DNA of 64,000 nucleotides from Octopus bimaculoides (Eukaryota), in assembly GCF_001194135.2 (NCBI RefSeq), contig NC_068983.1:109483218-109547217 (forward strand), in the 5' to 3' direction. Below, piece by piece: positions 24,783 to 38,795 of the stretch. Both the position numbers and the translations under genes were made by a program. The stretch's first letter is position 1. Each line of letters begins with the position of its first letter. The notes beneath the pieces were generated by a model, which was not told the DNA's origin, made no database searches, and saw only the letters and a program-made list of their open reading frames with translations.

Positions 24783-26275
24783 TGTATATTGTACTATAGA
24801 GCATATACATAGATTTATTAGTCAACACTGTTGTTACATCGATTGCAATCAGTATATCTACAATATGTTGAAGGAAAGAAAATTAAGGAACATCTGTACA
24901 GATATTTCAGTTCCTGTACAAATCCTTGTTAGAAACTGCATTCAACCTTTTGTAAACCATAAACACATTGCATATGTATTACTAATATTTGGAGTTAAGA
25001 AAACTAAAACGGCCAATTTGCATATTTAATGCATGGTTGGTGCATTCTTTATACTAATAGTTACACATAATATTGACTAATAAATCAGTAGATATGTTCT
25101 ATGATACATTATAGCAATGAAACAAAACATTGTTAACACAATGCAGGCACTTTATTGAGGTTCAAACCTGACATTTGGAATTTATTAAGAGCTGATTTGT
25201 TATTTTTTGTGATGGATCATTATCATTGTTGTAAAAGCTGAGTAACATATGCTGAATTTCCTTCTCAAACATGAAAGTATTGCAGAACTATTGGAAACAT
25301 ATTGCTGCACCTTTATTTAAAGCACCAGTTTGGCAACAGAAAAAAAAACCCTTGTTCTTTAATACATTCTACTTGCTTTAGCCCAGAATATTTTCATGCA
25401 TCTTTATCCTTAGTTTTCTAACATGCTGCATTTTCACTAACAATAAGATACCATATTTCTTTGTCAAATTTTTCCCCAAAATCAACAGTTCTGTATGACT
25501 ACACTTTGTACACTTTATATGATACACTTTATACAGTTTCGTGACCAAAATTTTATCATCCTGAATTGTTCGAGCTAGTGAGAAAATCTTGACGATGATA
25601 ATATACGAGTAACATGAGTGTTAACTTTTTTTACTTGTTGCCGAAAGGAACTTGGATCCGTATTGCCAATTTTCATATAATAACAACATACTGCACAAAA
25701 GTCATGAGTTATATTTGTTACTTTTAGCAATAAATCTAAATTCTTTGGCCATTTGTGCTAAAATGTTTTTTTTTTCCTTCAGTATTCCTTTCGGGATTTG
25801 AATAGACACGAAAAGCAAAAATAAATCTATGACTTTTTACAGTAGTCTCATGAATGTTGACAGTGTGTATTGTTCAATGTGGATAGGCAAATGGCTGCAG
25901 GTTTAAAAATGAGGGGAAAAAAGGGCAAAAACAATATGACATTGTATCTTTGAGCTTATATGTATTATTGCCTGTTGGCAGTATCTGTTTCATGTCTAAA
26001 TTCTTTACGAACTTTGATAAGATCATCACTGTTGTCAGCATATCTAACGTAATTTTAATCAAAGATTTTAATAAGATCAAAAAAACAAAAGCTTGTTTTA
26101 ATAAATAATAATAAATAATTTTGTACGCAACACATTTATATTGAACCCTTTCCAGTAATTGTGAATAACAGAAAGAGCTGAAGATGGTGTTAGAGGAAAC
26201 ACCTTTGCAAGAATGCATATTTTCAACATATGGTTATGCTGCTAGTTCTACTACATCATTTATTTTATGGATATA

Positions 26276-27493
26276 TCAGGTTGAGTAAAAAGTAAGCAAC
26301 GTTGAGAAATTTGTACCAGAGTTTTGAAGTTTTTTAAACATTTTTTTGCCATACAAACATAGACTTTCCCAAATGCATCAATAAATCAACATTGATATTC
26401 TTTCCACCATTGTTACATCATCTGGAATGGAACTGTCAAAGTGTGATATTCAAGCAATTTTGCTATTCAACTTCAAAAAAGGACGTAATGAAACTGAAAC
26501 TGCTTACAATATCAACGAAACGTTTAGTGAGGAAATGACCAGTGAGTGGTCAGCTCGAAAATTGTTTAAGCAATTTTGCAGTGGAGACCTGAGCTTTGAA
26601 GATTTTGAGTATATTTGACACCCATCTGTCATTCATGACGGTCAATTAAAGACCGTCATTGAGAAAGATCCACATAAAACCACTTGAGAGTGGGAAAAAG
26701 AACTTCAAGTAAGCCAGAAAACGGCCTGCGACCATTTGCATGTGATCAGAAAATCAAAAAAGCTCGACAAATAGGTACCACATGATTTGAATGAAAATCA
26801 GAAAATGCACAGATATGAAATTTGCTCATCACTTCTCTGTAACCAGACCGATACATTTCTCGTCTGTATTGTAACTTCCAATGAAAAGCAGATTCTGTAC
26901 AATAATAAAAAAACGTTCTTCGCAATGGTTGGACCAAAATGAAGCACCAAAAACCTTCCCTAAATCTGAGCTCTTCAAAAAGAAGGTTATGGTGACTGTT
27001 CAGTAGTGTACTGCTGGACACAGCCATTATAACCTCTTAAAACCCAGAAAAACCATTACTGCAGAAACATATTGCCATGAAATTGCCAAAATGGAAGAAA
27101 AACTGCTACTCCTCCATTCCAGACTCATCAACAGAAGAGGGCCAATCATTCTTCAAGACAGTGCTCAACCACATGTTTCACTTATGATGCTCGAGAAGTC
27201 GAGGGAACATGGCTACAAAGTTCTTCCCCACCCAGCTTATTCCCCAGACCTTTCTCCTACCGACTACCACTTATTCAAGCACTTTGATGGTTTCCTGCAA
27301 GAGAAGGAGTTCAAGATGCTGAAAGTGCATTTAAAGAGTTCATCAGCTTCAGAATAAATAAACTTGTAATTTATTGGCAAAAATATGTTGATTGTAATGG
27401 AACTTACTTGGATGGATAAAATTTCCACAACGTTGAAATATATTGTGATGAATTTCATGTTTCAAAACGTTGCTTACGTTTTACTCAACCTGA
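26276..27493 (+). mobile_element. Near full-length mariner, Hsmar1/cecropia-like, inactive
   Basis: TA TSDs, 28-30 bp TIRs (tcaggttgagtaaaaagtaagcaacgtt), MELSKCDIQAILLFNFKKGRN, KLDK*VPHDLNENQ, KKVMVTV, ILQDSAQPH and HPAYSPDLSPTDYHLF, with stops and frameshifts. Confidence 0.97.
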
Positions 27494-28439
27494 TATATGT
27501 GTACAAAAACCTTAGCAAACATGTTCAGCAGAGGCTTAAAGAGATTTCTGAAGAAATGTAATTTTTGTTGCCTAAGTCGAAAAACTTGCTCCAAAGTGGG
27601 GTAAACTACAATAAACTATGAGGCATCCTGGAGCACGTCAGTAATTAGTGGGTCAAACTAAGAATTAAGTTGATATCATTTCAATTTTCAATTCTAATTC
27701 AGAGTTTTATAAAGAAACTTCAATTAGGTACGACTGATTGTCAATTTTATTTGTCATCTATAAGCTTTATTAATTCGCTGCATGTCTTTGTATTCATTTT
27801 GGCTAATAGATTAACAAGAAACACGAGTTTCTACAAACGATGCCATGTTCTTTCTTACTGTAGTAAGAAACCATCAGAATATATTGTTCCCACATTCTTT
27901 CATACATATCTTAGCACCATCTAACATTGTGAATGAGGAGAACAAAAATCTTTGCTCAAAATAGGTTTCAAAATTTTGTTTGTGATCTCATCAACCTGAG
28001 CATCATAATAACACACCTTTTCATTCCCTAGAAAATGATCAAGAATCTCTTTTCTCTGCATTTGAAGTGTCTCCATACTCTATTTCTCATATTTCTTTTT
28101 AAAATGATGCAACCAAGCTTTGCAAGTTCATTTCTTCATGCAAAACTAGGGTATTTTCAGGCAAATCAAGTCTCATTTTCAAATGCCAAACTTCTAACCT
28201 CCTTTTGAATTTCGTTATGGCTACTGCATGTGCTAGTGAGCTTTTGGGAGGGGTTAGTTTAGACATGTTACAATTAACTCTTGTTATCAGGTTCCAATTA
28301 GTTCCAAGCAGTAATGACTTCACTATACAGAATGTGAAAAGGTAATTTATCAATCGTCCAACATGGCTGAATAGGAAAGTGTAGAGTGAACTCTTTATTA
28401 CCAAAGGTATGAAGCTACCAGATCCAGTTTATGAGTCTG

Positions 28440-28940
28440 TGTGGTGTTGTTAAACATGGGAACAAAACTTCTGAATGAAAAAGACAAGGTCAATGAAACA
28501 GAACCAAAACAAAGGTGGTTCAGCACAACAGTTACGTTTCTTAGATTGATTTTTTTCTCTTCAGTCATTGAACTGCATTTCTACATTCAAGTGGCAATTG
28601 TCCACTCCAATTTGTTTACAAATGTGATTGTAGGATGAAAAGTAGGTAAGGATGAGATTGAGAGGGAGAGGAAGACAGAAAATGAGAGAAGAGATGGTGG
28701 TAAGTTTTTAAAGGGAGTGTGTGGTCATGTATACGAATGGATGTGTGTAAATGTTAAGTGCTGAGAGAAATAAGCTGCATTTTTATGGTTAGAGAACAGC
28801 TAATGATGGGAGAGCATTGCTTTACTGTTAACATGGAACTAACCAGTTAGCTGAGATATATTTCTGTTTGTGAGGACAAGGGGATACCATCTTGCACTGT
28901 GTGTGTGTATTAATGGTAATGAACAGAAGTGAAAGTACAG
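28440..28940 (-). mobile_element. Degraded Penelope-like element, RT thumb/linker region
   Basis: Frameshifted minus-strand relics of YLxFxSxH..CK.GIP.SQ and LILTY.HP, motifs typical of PLE ORFs. Confidence 0.35.
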
Positions 28941-29629
28941 AATGTTGGAATAGTGTATAAATACTTTAATTCAGCTAGACTAAACCTAAACTGGCTAAAA
29001 CTCTAACTATCTTGAAGTGTGACGACATTTATGTTATATTTAAATCATCCAGTTAGCTATTTAGGTTGAAGACATACAATAAACAAACACTATGGTGAAT
29101 AGAATATTAACTTCCAATTGGTCGCCTTTACTTGCTGCTAAAATGAGGAAAGCAGAATCACTTTGATGTAGAAATATAAATATAATGTAATGTAAATAAT
29201 ATTGAAATCAAATTAAGGTGAATGATTAGATGGAAGAAATAACTTGAACATGGTCAGTGACTTTGCCAGCACTTAGCACATCCTAATGCATTCTTTCACA
29301 CCTTCATCTTATTAAGTTTATATGCGTGATTTCTACATCTCTCAATACATGAGTATGTGTATTCTTGCATGCTCAGAGTGCATGTTTATCAAGAAGTGCA
29401 ATTGTGGGTAATGAGTGGGTGAATAAAGGAATTAATGAATAATTATGGATAAGTAAATAAATAATTGATGAATGATGGATAAGTAGAGTGATGGTTGGAT
29501 AGATAAGGAAATTATATGAACCATGTTCACTTGGATGCACTCGCTTTTGAGATATATTCGCTTTGCACATTCATATTCATGAACATGGGCATGGATTGTC
29601 TTCTTGTTGGTAACTCTGCTTTATTTGCA

Positions 29630-29682
29630 TAAGTGTGTATGTATGTATGTGTATAAATATATACATAAATATAAATGTATGT

Positions 29683-29745
<63 letters not shown>

Positions 29746-29775
29746 CATATACATACATACACATATACATACGCA
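29630..29775. repeat. Compound (GTAT)/(CA)/(TA) microsatellite
   Basis: Direct read. Confidence 0.95.
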
Positions 29776-30076
29776 CTTGTGCAATTGGATGCTACCAAAC
29801 ACATGTGTACAAAACATATTTTATTTCTCCTCACGTAAAGTTCTTCATCAGTTCCTTGGTTATTTACACAAGCATTTGAACAAGAATGTTGTTTGCATTC
29901 TCACTCCTGTATATGAGGATTTGGAGTACAGTTGAGTTATATGTTTTTTAACATCACTGGATATGCACAGGAATTTGGTACAGTGAAATAAATTAAGTTG
30001 AATATAATAGGATATGATAACTTGAGATAAATTTGATGAAATAACTATTAAAAACTGTGAAGCAAATAAAGGCACA

Positions 30077-32827
30077 ATATAAAATAATGTAAGATAAATG
30101 AAATGAGATAATCATGATGAGTAATATGGTTCTATGTGTAGCTCAAAGTCCAATGGGTCTGCAGATGTGACATGGAGGACATGACAGTGTTTATGTGTGA
30201 CTATTCCTTTGGTTCATTATTAAAAGTTTGTAGCAGTTTCTAGTGTATGTATGTGCTGATTCAATGTTGTATTTTTCTCCCCCATGAGTGACTGTTCATC
30301 ATGACACATTGCTTCAAATTAGTGACAGTTTATGATTTACTGNNNNNNNNNNNNNNNNNNNNNNNNNNNNNNNNNNNNNNNNNNNNNNNNNNNNNNNNNN
30401 NNNNNNNNNNNNNNNNNNNNNNNNNNNNNNNNNNNNNNNNNNNNNNNNNNNNNNNNNNNNNNNNNNNNNNNNNNNNNNNNNNNNNNNNNNNNNNNNNNNN
30501 NNNNNNNNNNNNNNNNNNNNNNNNNNNNNNNNNNNNNNNNNNNNNNNNNNNNNNNNNNNNNNNNNNNNNNNNNNNNNNNNNNNNNNNNNNNNNNNNNNNN
30601 NNNNNNNNNNNNNNNNNNNNNNNNNNNNNNNNNNNNNNNNNNNNNNNNNNNNNNNNNNNNNNNNNNNNNNNNNNNNNNNNNNNNNNNNNNNNNNNNNNNN
30701 NNNNNNNNNNNNNNNNNNNNNNNNNNNNNNNNNNNNNNNNNNNNNNNNNNNNNNNNNNNNNNNNNNNNNNNNNNNNNNNNNNNNNNNNNNNNNNNNNNNN
30801 NNNNNNNNNNNNNNNNNNNNNNNNNNNNNNNNNNNNNNNNNNNNNNNNNNNNNNNNNNNNNNNNNNNNNNNNNNNNNNNNNNNNNNNNNNNNNNNNNNNN
30901 NNNNNNNNNNNNNNNNNNNNNNNNNNNNNNNNNNNNNNNNNNNNNNNNNNNNNNNNNNNNNNNNNNNNNNNNNNNNNNNNNNNNNNNNNNNNNNNNNNNN
31001 NNNNNNNNNNNNNNNNNNNNNNNNNNNNNNNNNNNNNNNNNNNNNNTTAAGTTAAATTATGCATTAAATTATATAGTAACTCTTTGGATATGTGTTTGGT
31101 TCTAAGTTGTTTTTGCTGATGCATTCTACCTTGATGAAGGCACCATTTTAACTAAGGCTAATGTCATAGAAATTTGAGCGATGGAAGAATCCTGTACTGG
31201 TCAACATGTTAGAGAGCCATTAAGAAATGCTTTTCCCATTAGATTATTAAGAATATTTGGGGAATAGTTTGATAGCTTGTTAATGAAATTGAAAGTTTCA
31301 TTTGATTTTTCTGCATAGTGCATAAACTTAAGATAGCAGTTATAAAGTTTATTACAACTTTCAAGTTGTCTCTAGCTATAATAGGAAATATTACATCTAT
31401 AATAAAAATATAAAGATTTTTGCAGAATTTTTCAGCATGCTATGGGTCCATGTTGCAGAATATTAAACATCCAGCATTTCTTTGAAATTCTTAAGGAAGT
31501 GTTTTGAGAACGTGAAATATAAGACATACAGAATATCTACCCTTAGAATGCTGTTGACCTCAGCACTTGGCAGAATTCTTTGATCTCATGGTAATCTCAA
31601 AGAAACATTTGATAGTGTTTAATCCAAATGGAATTATTGAAAAATAAATAGATTTTCTAACATGTAGGAAGATATTAATCACTATATCCTGTAACAGTTA
31701 GCATTGTCTTCATACATACATACATACATACATACATGCATACATACATACATGTGTGTGCGTGTGTGTGTGTGTGTGTGTGTNNNNNNNNNNATATAAA
31801 ATAATGTAAGATAAATGAAATGAGATAATCATGATGAGTAATAAGGTTCTATGTGTAGCTCAAAGTCCAATGGGTCTGCAGACGTGACATGGAGGACATG
31901 ACAGTGTTTATGTGTGACTATTCCTTTGGTTCATAATTAAAAGTTTGTAGCAGTTTCTAGTGTATGTATGTGCTGATTCAATGTTGTATTTTTCTCCCCC
32001 ATGAGTGACTGTTCATCATGACACATTGCTTCAAATTAGTGACAGTTTATGATTTACTGTCAACATATATAGGTGCAGGCAGGGCCGTATGATAAGAAGC
32101 TTGCTTCCCAATCACATGGTTCTGGTTTCAGTCCCACTGCATGACACCTTGGGCAAATGTCTTCTACTGTAGCCTCAGGCTGACCAAAGCCTTGTAGATA
32201 GATTTGGTAGACAGAAACTGTGAGTGTACGTGTGTGTGTGTGTGTGGTGTGTGTGTGTGCGTGTGCATGTGTGTGACTGTGTCTGTGTTTGGCACCCCCT
32301 ATTACTCCTTGACAACTAGTGTTGGGTTGTTTATGTTGCTGCAACTCAGTGGTTCAGCAAAAGAGACCGATAGAATAAGTACTAGGCTTAAAAGATAAGT
32401 TCAGGAGTCAATTTGTTTAACTAAAAAACTCTTCAAATTATTGTTCCAACATGGCATCAGTCAAATGACTGAAACAAGTAAAAGAATAAAAGAATGCATT
32501 ATCACCATATGGAGTAACAGGTACTGTATACTGATGCAAAGTTGTGTCTCACAAAGTAATTTTACTTACTTAAGCATTTTATAGTATTTGTAACTAGAGG
32601 GAATATTTAAATACAAATATTTCCTCCAATCACTAAATTACAATAATATAACAAATATTTCATGTCACGAATATAAATGAGAAAAAGATTTTTGCTACTG
32701 GTCTGACATTGTGTAAGTTAAATTATGCATTAAATTATATAGTAACTCTTTGGATATGTGTTTGGTTCTAAGTTGTTTTTGCTGATGCATTCTACCTTGA
32801 TGAAGGCACCATTTTAACTAAGGCTAA
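30077..32827. repeat. About 1.7-kb tandem duplication flanked by gaps (30077-30342 = 31793-32059; 31048-31161 = 32714-32827)
   Basis: Near-identical blocks with a few substitutions. Every block abuts an N-run. Confidence 0.9.
32070..32494 (+). mobile_element. tRNA-derived SINE with internal (GT)n
   Basis: Head ggtgcaggcagggccgtatgataagaagcttgcttccc, and tail gaccgatagaataagtactaggct...gactgaaacaagtaaaagaataaaagaat. Confidence 0.9.
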
Positions 32828-34315
32828 NNNNNNNNNNNNNNNNNNNNNNNNNNNNNNNNNNNNNNNNNNNNNNNNNNNNNNNNNNNNNNNNNNNNNNNNN
32901 NNNNNNNNNNNNNNNNNNNNNNNNNNNTCAAGTTCAATTCAATGGTAGACCATGGACTAATATCTACTCTTGAAGTTTTTAATTTACCAATACCTTGTGA
33001 GAATTTATTAGATGGAAAATGGATAGAAGTTTGTCCTGTGCATGTATGTGTGTGTGTGTGTGTTTCTCTCTCTCTCTCTCCCTGTTTCCTTTTTCTTTTT
33101 TTATTTATTATAATACTCCCTAGAAGAACGGAATTCTTCCCTAGCATGGAAACAAAGTTCCATCTCTGAAAATTAGTAAACATTAAGGATAGGTGTTATA
33201 TGTTGAACTTTAAAAGTCTTGTTTATTTTCACAGTTCCACTTATTAATTGTATTTGCAAATTGTATAGTAGCCAGTCCTTTTTAATGCCTGAAAATCCTA
33301 GCTTTCTTTGATTGTCAGTTAGGCATTTACTAGCAAAGCCAAGTGCACCAATAATTATTGGGATACAGTTAACTTTGTAATTAGGTTAGAAGAACTGCAG
33401 GTTTTGAAGCAGCTGTTAAAAATCTTCTTCTCAATAATTTGGGAAGAGAACAGGTATCCTCTACAACTATGCATGAGTTTTCTTGTCTGCCCAAAATAAG
33501 TCTACTGGTCATATTGCATGTGCACTTGATTGAAGTTTTGATGAGAATATTTAACCAATATTCCTTGTGTTGATATGTATGAATGTAAATATTCAATAAC
33601 TGAGATGTTGNNNNNNNNNNNNNNNNNNNNNNNNNNNNNNNNNNNNNNNNNNNNNNNNNNNNNNNNNNNNNNNNNNNNNNNNNNNNNNNNNNNNNNNNNN
33701 NNNNNNNNNNNNNNNNNNNNNNNNNNNNNNNNNNNNNNNNNNNNNNNNNNNNNNNNNNNNNNNNNNNNNNNNNNNNNNNNNNNNNNNNNNNNNNNNNNNN
33801 NNNNNNNNNNNNNNNNNNNNNNNNNNNNNNNNNNNNNNNNNNNNNNNNNNNNNNNNNNNNNNNNNNNNNNNNNNNNNNNNNNNNNNNNNNNNNNNNNNNN
33901 NNNNNNNNNNNNNNNNNNNNNNNNNNNNNNNNNNNNNNNNNNNNNNNNNNNNNNNNNNNNNNNNNNNNNNNNNNNNNNNNNNNNNNNNNNNNNNNNNNNN
34001 NNNNNNNNNNNNNNNNNNNNNNNNNNNNNNNNNNNNNNNNNNNNNNNNNNNNNNNNNNNNNNNNNNNNNNNNNNNNNNNNNNNNNNNNNNNNNNNNNNNN
34101 NNNNNNNNNNNNNNNNNNNNNNNNNNNNNNNNNNNNNNNNNNNNNNNNNNNNNNNNNNNNNNNNNNNNNNNNNNNNNNNNNNNNNNNNNNNNNNNNNNNN
34201 NNNNNNNNNNNNNNNNNNNNNNNNNNNNNNNNNNNNNNNNNNNNNNNNNNNNNNNNNNNNNNAGGCATTTACTAGCAAAGCCAAGTGCACCAATAATTAT
34301 TGGGATACAGTTAAA

Positions 34316-35406
34316 TTTGAAATGAAATTCATCACAATAGGTTTGATTTTTGAACTCCTTCTCTCACAGGAAACTATCAAGGTACTTGAAAAAGTGGTAG
34401 TTGGTAGGAGAATAAGCTGGGTGGGGAAGAACATTGTAGCCAAGTTCCCTAAACTTCTGAAGCATCATTAGTGAAGAATGACTGGCCCTCTTCTGTCGAC
34501 CAGTCTGGGACGGAGGAGAAGCAGTTTTTCTTTCATTTTGGCAATTTCGTGGAAATATGTTTTTGCAATAATGGTTTATCTGGATTTTTAAGAAGTTACA
34601 GTAGCTGAATCCAGCAGTACACCACCAAACAGTTACTGTAACCTTCTTTTTGAAGAGCTTGGATTTAGGGAAGGTTTTCAATGCTTCATTTTGATCCAAC
34701 CACTGTAAAGAACGTTTTTATTATTGTACAGGATCTACTTTGCATTGTAGGTTACAATACAGTCAAGAAATGAATCGATCTGGTTATGGAGAAGAAATAA
34801 GGAACAAATTTCATATCTGTGCATTTTCTGATTTTCATTCAAATCGTGTGGTACCTATTTGTCAAGCTTTTTTGATTTTCCGGTCACATGCAAATGATTA
34901 CAAGCAGTTTTCTGGCTAATTTGGAGTTCTTTTGCCAGTTTTCAAGTGGTTTTACGTGGATCTTTCTCAATGACAGTTTTTAATTGACCGTCATCGATGA
35001 CAGATGGGTGTCCACTATGCTCATGGTCTTCAAGGCTTAAGTCTCCTGCAAAATCGCCCTGAGTCTCCTGCAAAATCACTTAAACCATTTTTGAGCTGAC
35101 CACTCACTAGTCATTTCCTCACCAAACGTTTTGTTGATATTGTGAGCAGTTTCAGTTGCTTTATATCCTTTTTTGAAGTGGATTAGCAAAATTGTTCAAA
35201 TATCACACTTTGAGAGTTCCATTTCAAATTATTGTAACAATAGTAAAAAAAAACAACAAAGTTAGTTTATTGATGCATTTGAGCAAACCTATGTCTGTAT
35301 TATCAGACAATTGCAAAAAAATGTTTTAAAAAAATTCAAAACATTGCAAAAGTCTGGTACAAATTTTTCAGGGTTCAAAACATTGCTTACATTTTACTTA
35401 ACCTGA
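34316..35406 (-). mobile_element. Second Hsmar1/cecropia-like mariner copy, 3' TIR lost
   Basis: Minus ORF KTFPKSKLFKKKVTVTVWW...HPAYSPTNYHFFKYLDSFL. The 5' TIR cattgcttacattttacttaacctga plus TA ends at 35408. Same family as 26276-27493. Confidence 0.95.
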
Positions 35407-35409
35407 TAG

Positions 35410-35480
35410 AAAACACTTCCTGAAAGTGCCATGCAGGGAGACTGAACCTGGAACCATGTGGTTAGAAACTGAATTTCTTA

Positions 35481-35483
<3 letters not shown>
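35410..35483 (-). mobile_element. SINE head fragment
   Basis: gtgccatgcagggagactgaacctggaaccatgtggttagaaactgaatttcttacca is the reverse complement of the family head. Confidence 0.7.
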
Positions 35484-35532
<49 letters not shown>

Positions 35533-35709
35533 AGACATCAAGACTTCCCTGAGTTACTGAACTAATTATATTCCCTTGTGACACAAGCTGTCAGAAATGC
35601 AATACACCAGTGTTGTTCTATTGCAAATATGTAACAAATGACAAATGACCCTCCTGTTAGCAAATTCTGATATAAAGTTAATAAATCATATATACACACA
35701 CACCCCACG

Positions 35710-35749
<40 letters not shown>

Positions 35750-38367
35750 CACACACTATGTATGAAGATACACATTATGTCCAACACCTGTCATATAATT
35801 TAACAGATTAGGAATGTGCCCATCTGAAATATAAGTGATAGATAGATAAGTTCAAAAATAAATTTAGAACCTTTTAAGCTGAAAGTGCATTTCCAAATTA
35901 ACACGTCAAAGTGAAATATTTATCTGCAGTATGATATAAATTGATAGCTTTACTTAATCTATATATATATTCTTTGCTTATTGAAATAATTTGAATAACT
36001 TCTCTGCCTAACACACAATTTATATCATCATAGCTATTTAGAATGTTCTATGTAATTTATGTATGGCTATATATATTACTCAATGTATTCATATTCTTGT
36101 TCACAATAATGCCAAGAAAACTTTACATAGCTAAATTTAAAACCATTGACAGTGCTTGAAGAAAGAAATTTGGTATCATCTGGTGAGTAATAGACAAGTC
36201 ATAAAACTTTTGTATGTTATACTATTCATGAAAATTTTGAGTTTTGTAAAGCATTTAAAATTATCTTTATTTTTGAAGAATGTTTTATGTTTGCAAAAGT
36301 CATTATAAATTAAATTGCAAATTTTGAAGTAGAAAATTATTGAAAATTAATATATTCATATCAAAATGCTTGCAGGAAAAAATAAACTTAAAATGATTAT
36401 TGAATATACTTTGTCATTAACCTTAATTGCCACAAAGAGTAAATCAAAGGGAAGAAAATGGTATCAAAAACAGTCAGTTACAAATATAGGATTCTAATTT
36501 TTAGAGATAGATAACTTTTAACTAATTGCAAGCAACCCAGAAAATTAGGTTAAAACAAGAATATATATTCTTATACAGCATTAAATAAAATTTTTTATAG
36601 TGTAATTTAGAATTTTCGTGAAGTATTTATTGAATTTTCAACATTAGAATAACAGTTCTCTTTATCAATCCATATTTAAGAATCTGATTACAAACTATGA
36701 TTGACCTTGACCTAAAGCCAAATGATATACAGTTAGGTGGCAGTGATAATGATTGTATTGTAAGGTATAAATATTCCTGACAATTTAAGAATAAAATTCT
36801 TAAGAAGTAGATAATATATATAATTCTTTTTAAATAAGGAACTATTCTTTGAAATCATATATTATATAATTTTTGTAAGCCAAAAATAGTTAAATACAAT
36901 TCAGATTTATATCATAGCTTACTTGTTATCTGTAATGATGTTTACATTACCCCAGTCTTGTAGATTAGACAGTTACTGTCTACAGCAATGTTGTACATCC
37001 TTAAAACAGTTGAATTATTGCTTATGCGTGTAGCATTAGGGTAAAAAAATTAAATAGAATACACAGATACATCTCTTTGAAATTCATGACTTTATCTAGA
37101 GTTTCTTTAATATTGAAATAAATATTACTTTGATAAAAAAAAAATTATATAGAAATATATATTGCAATTATAGAGATGTTGTAAATTGCACCATCTTTAT
37201 CAATACATTACAGCAAATATATTCAATGATAACAATCATCATTTGTGTAAAATTTCAGTAAATAGGAACAATGCCAATGCAACATAATGCCAATACTTGA
37301 AATTATACAATAGAATTCAGAAGCTAAGAAACACAAGTATGAAATTAAAAAAGATTCTTCAGTTATAAAATTCTTATGGCACAAAAATAAGAGACTGAAT
37401 AAAATGAATATTCAAAAACACCAAGTATCAAATTTCATCAATATGAGGAGGAACCGAAGAAAATGTTAGAACAAGATATTTCAACAGAAAGTACAACCAT
37501 ACATCTCAATGTAGTCTCTTGAATTGCTAGAAATGATAATGAAATTTGTCTCAAAATCAAATAACACTTGTCTAAAAATATACAATGGAGAATATAATTA
37601 ATTGCAAAAAGATGCAATTGCCAAGGCTGTGATGCTTATGATCATACTTCTACTTGATAAAAGCAAATCTTTGTCTAATTAACTGCAAAATAAAACATGA
37701 TTACATGGATTATGTGACAGCACAAAAGGTACAATATTTTGGTATTGTGTTTCTTTCTCATATTGCCCAAAGATATTCTATATTTATTTTACACATTCTG
37801 CACTATTTTGTTTAAGCAGTAGTAAACAGTTTTGTTTAAACAGAAGCCTTTTGCATTTTTAGTGTCATTCTGCTCTGTTCAATAACCAACAATGGTACAA
37901 ACTTTCTTGGCTAGACTATATGGAATGCCATGTTTTATATATGCCTGATGACTATTTTATAGTACTTGTTGCTCTTGAAAATTCAGTCTTTTAATGTAAA
38001 TTATTCAGAAGATTGCTGTATTTTTCTAAAGTATTTACTGAGTTATCCACATTTAAAACAATCATCAATAAGTATACACAGATATAAAGATATGTACACA
38101 CACGCACACAGTGGTGGACTGGATCTAAAAATATTGGTTGCCAGGAGACTAAGGTGGCCCACCCGCAACTACAATGCTATCGTTTATTTACTTTTTTTGT
38201 TAAAAGTATTCTTTTCACCTGTCTACAAACACGGCCAGGCTGAAATATCTAATGCATTCTTCCAGGAGTGAATAAAAAATTCTCAAACTTAGATACTAAC
38301 ATGGGACCCCCATATATGGATTCTAATGCACACACATACACACATATATTTATACATATATACATAA

Positions 38368-38435
<68 letters not shown>

Positions 38436-38757
38436 TTTAGACAGGTCACATTTAGCACAAGGTCAAAAGGAAGAGTTGTATTTGATATAGTAATTTTTTA
38501 TAGACCTCAGAAGAATTAAATTGAAAATCAGCTCTGAAGGTATTTGAACTCAGAACATGAAGAGGCGAAATTAAATATAGCCAGTCATTTTGGTTCTCTA
38601 AATTTGTTCTGTCATCTACTGTCCAACACTAATACTAACAACAACAATTTCTTAAAATACCATTAAATCATAAGAATCAACCACAAGTGCTGCAAAGCAA
38701 CAGTTAACATAAATATTGGTGATTATTTCTTCACATTTCATAATGATACTAATAATA

Positions 38758-38795
<38 letters not shown>

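Noticed and set aside
28099-28404. 101-aa minus ORF
   Set aside because: No convincing motifs. It is possibly an old retroelement, but the class cannot be supported.
38108-38330. Possible hAT-like MITE starting cagtggtggactgg
   Set aside because: No matching opposite terminus or TSD was found.
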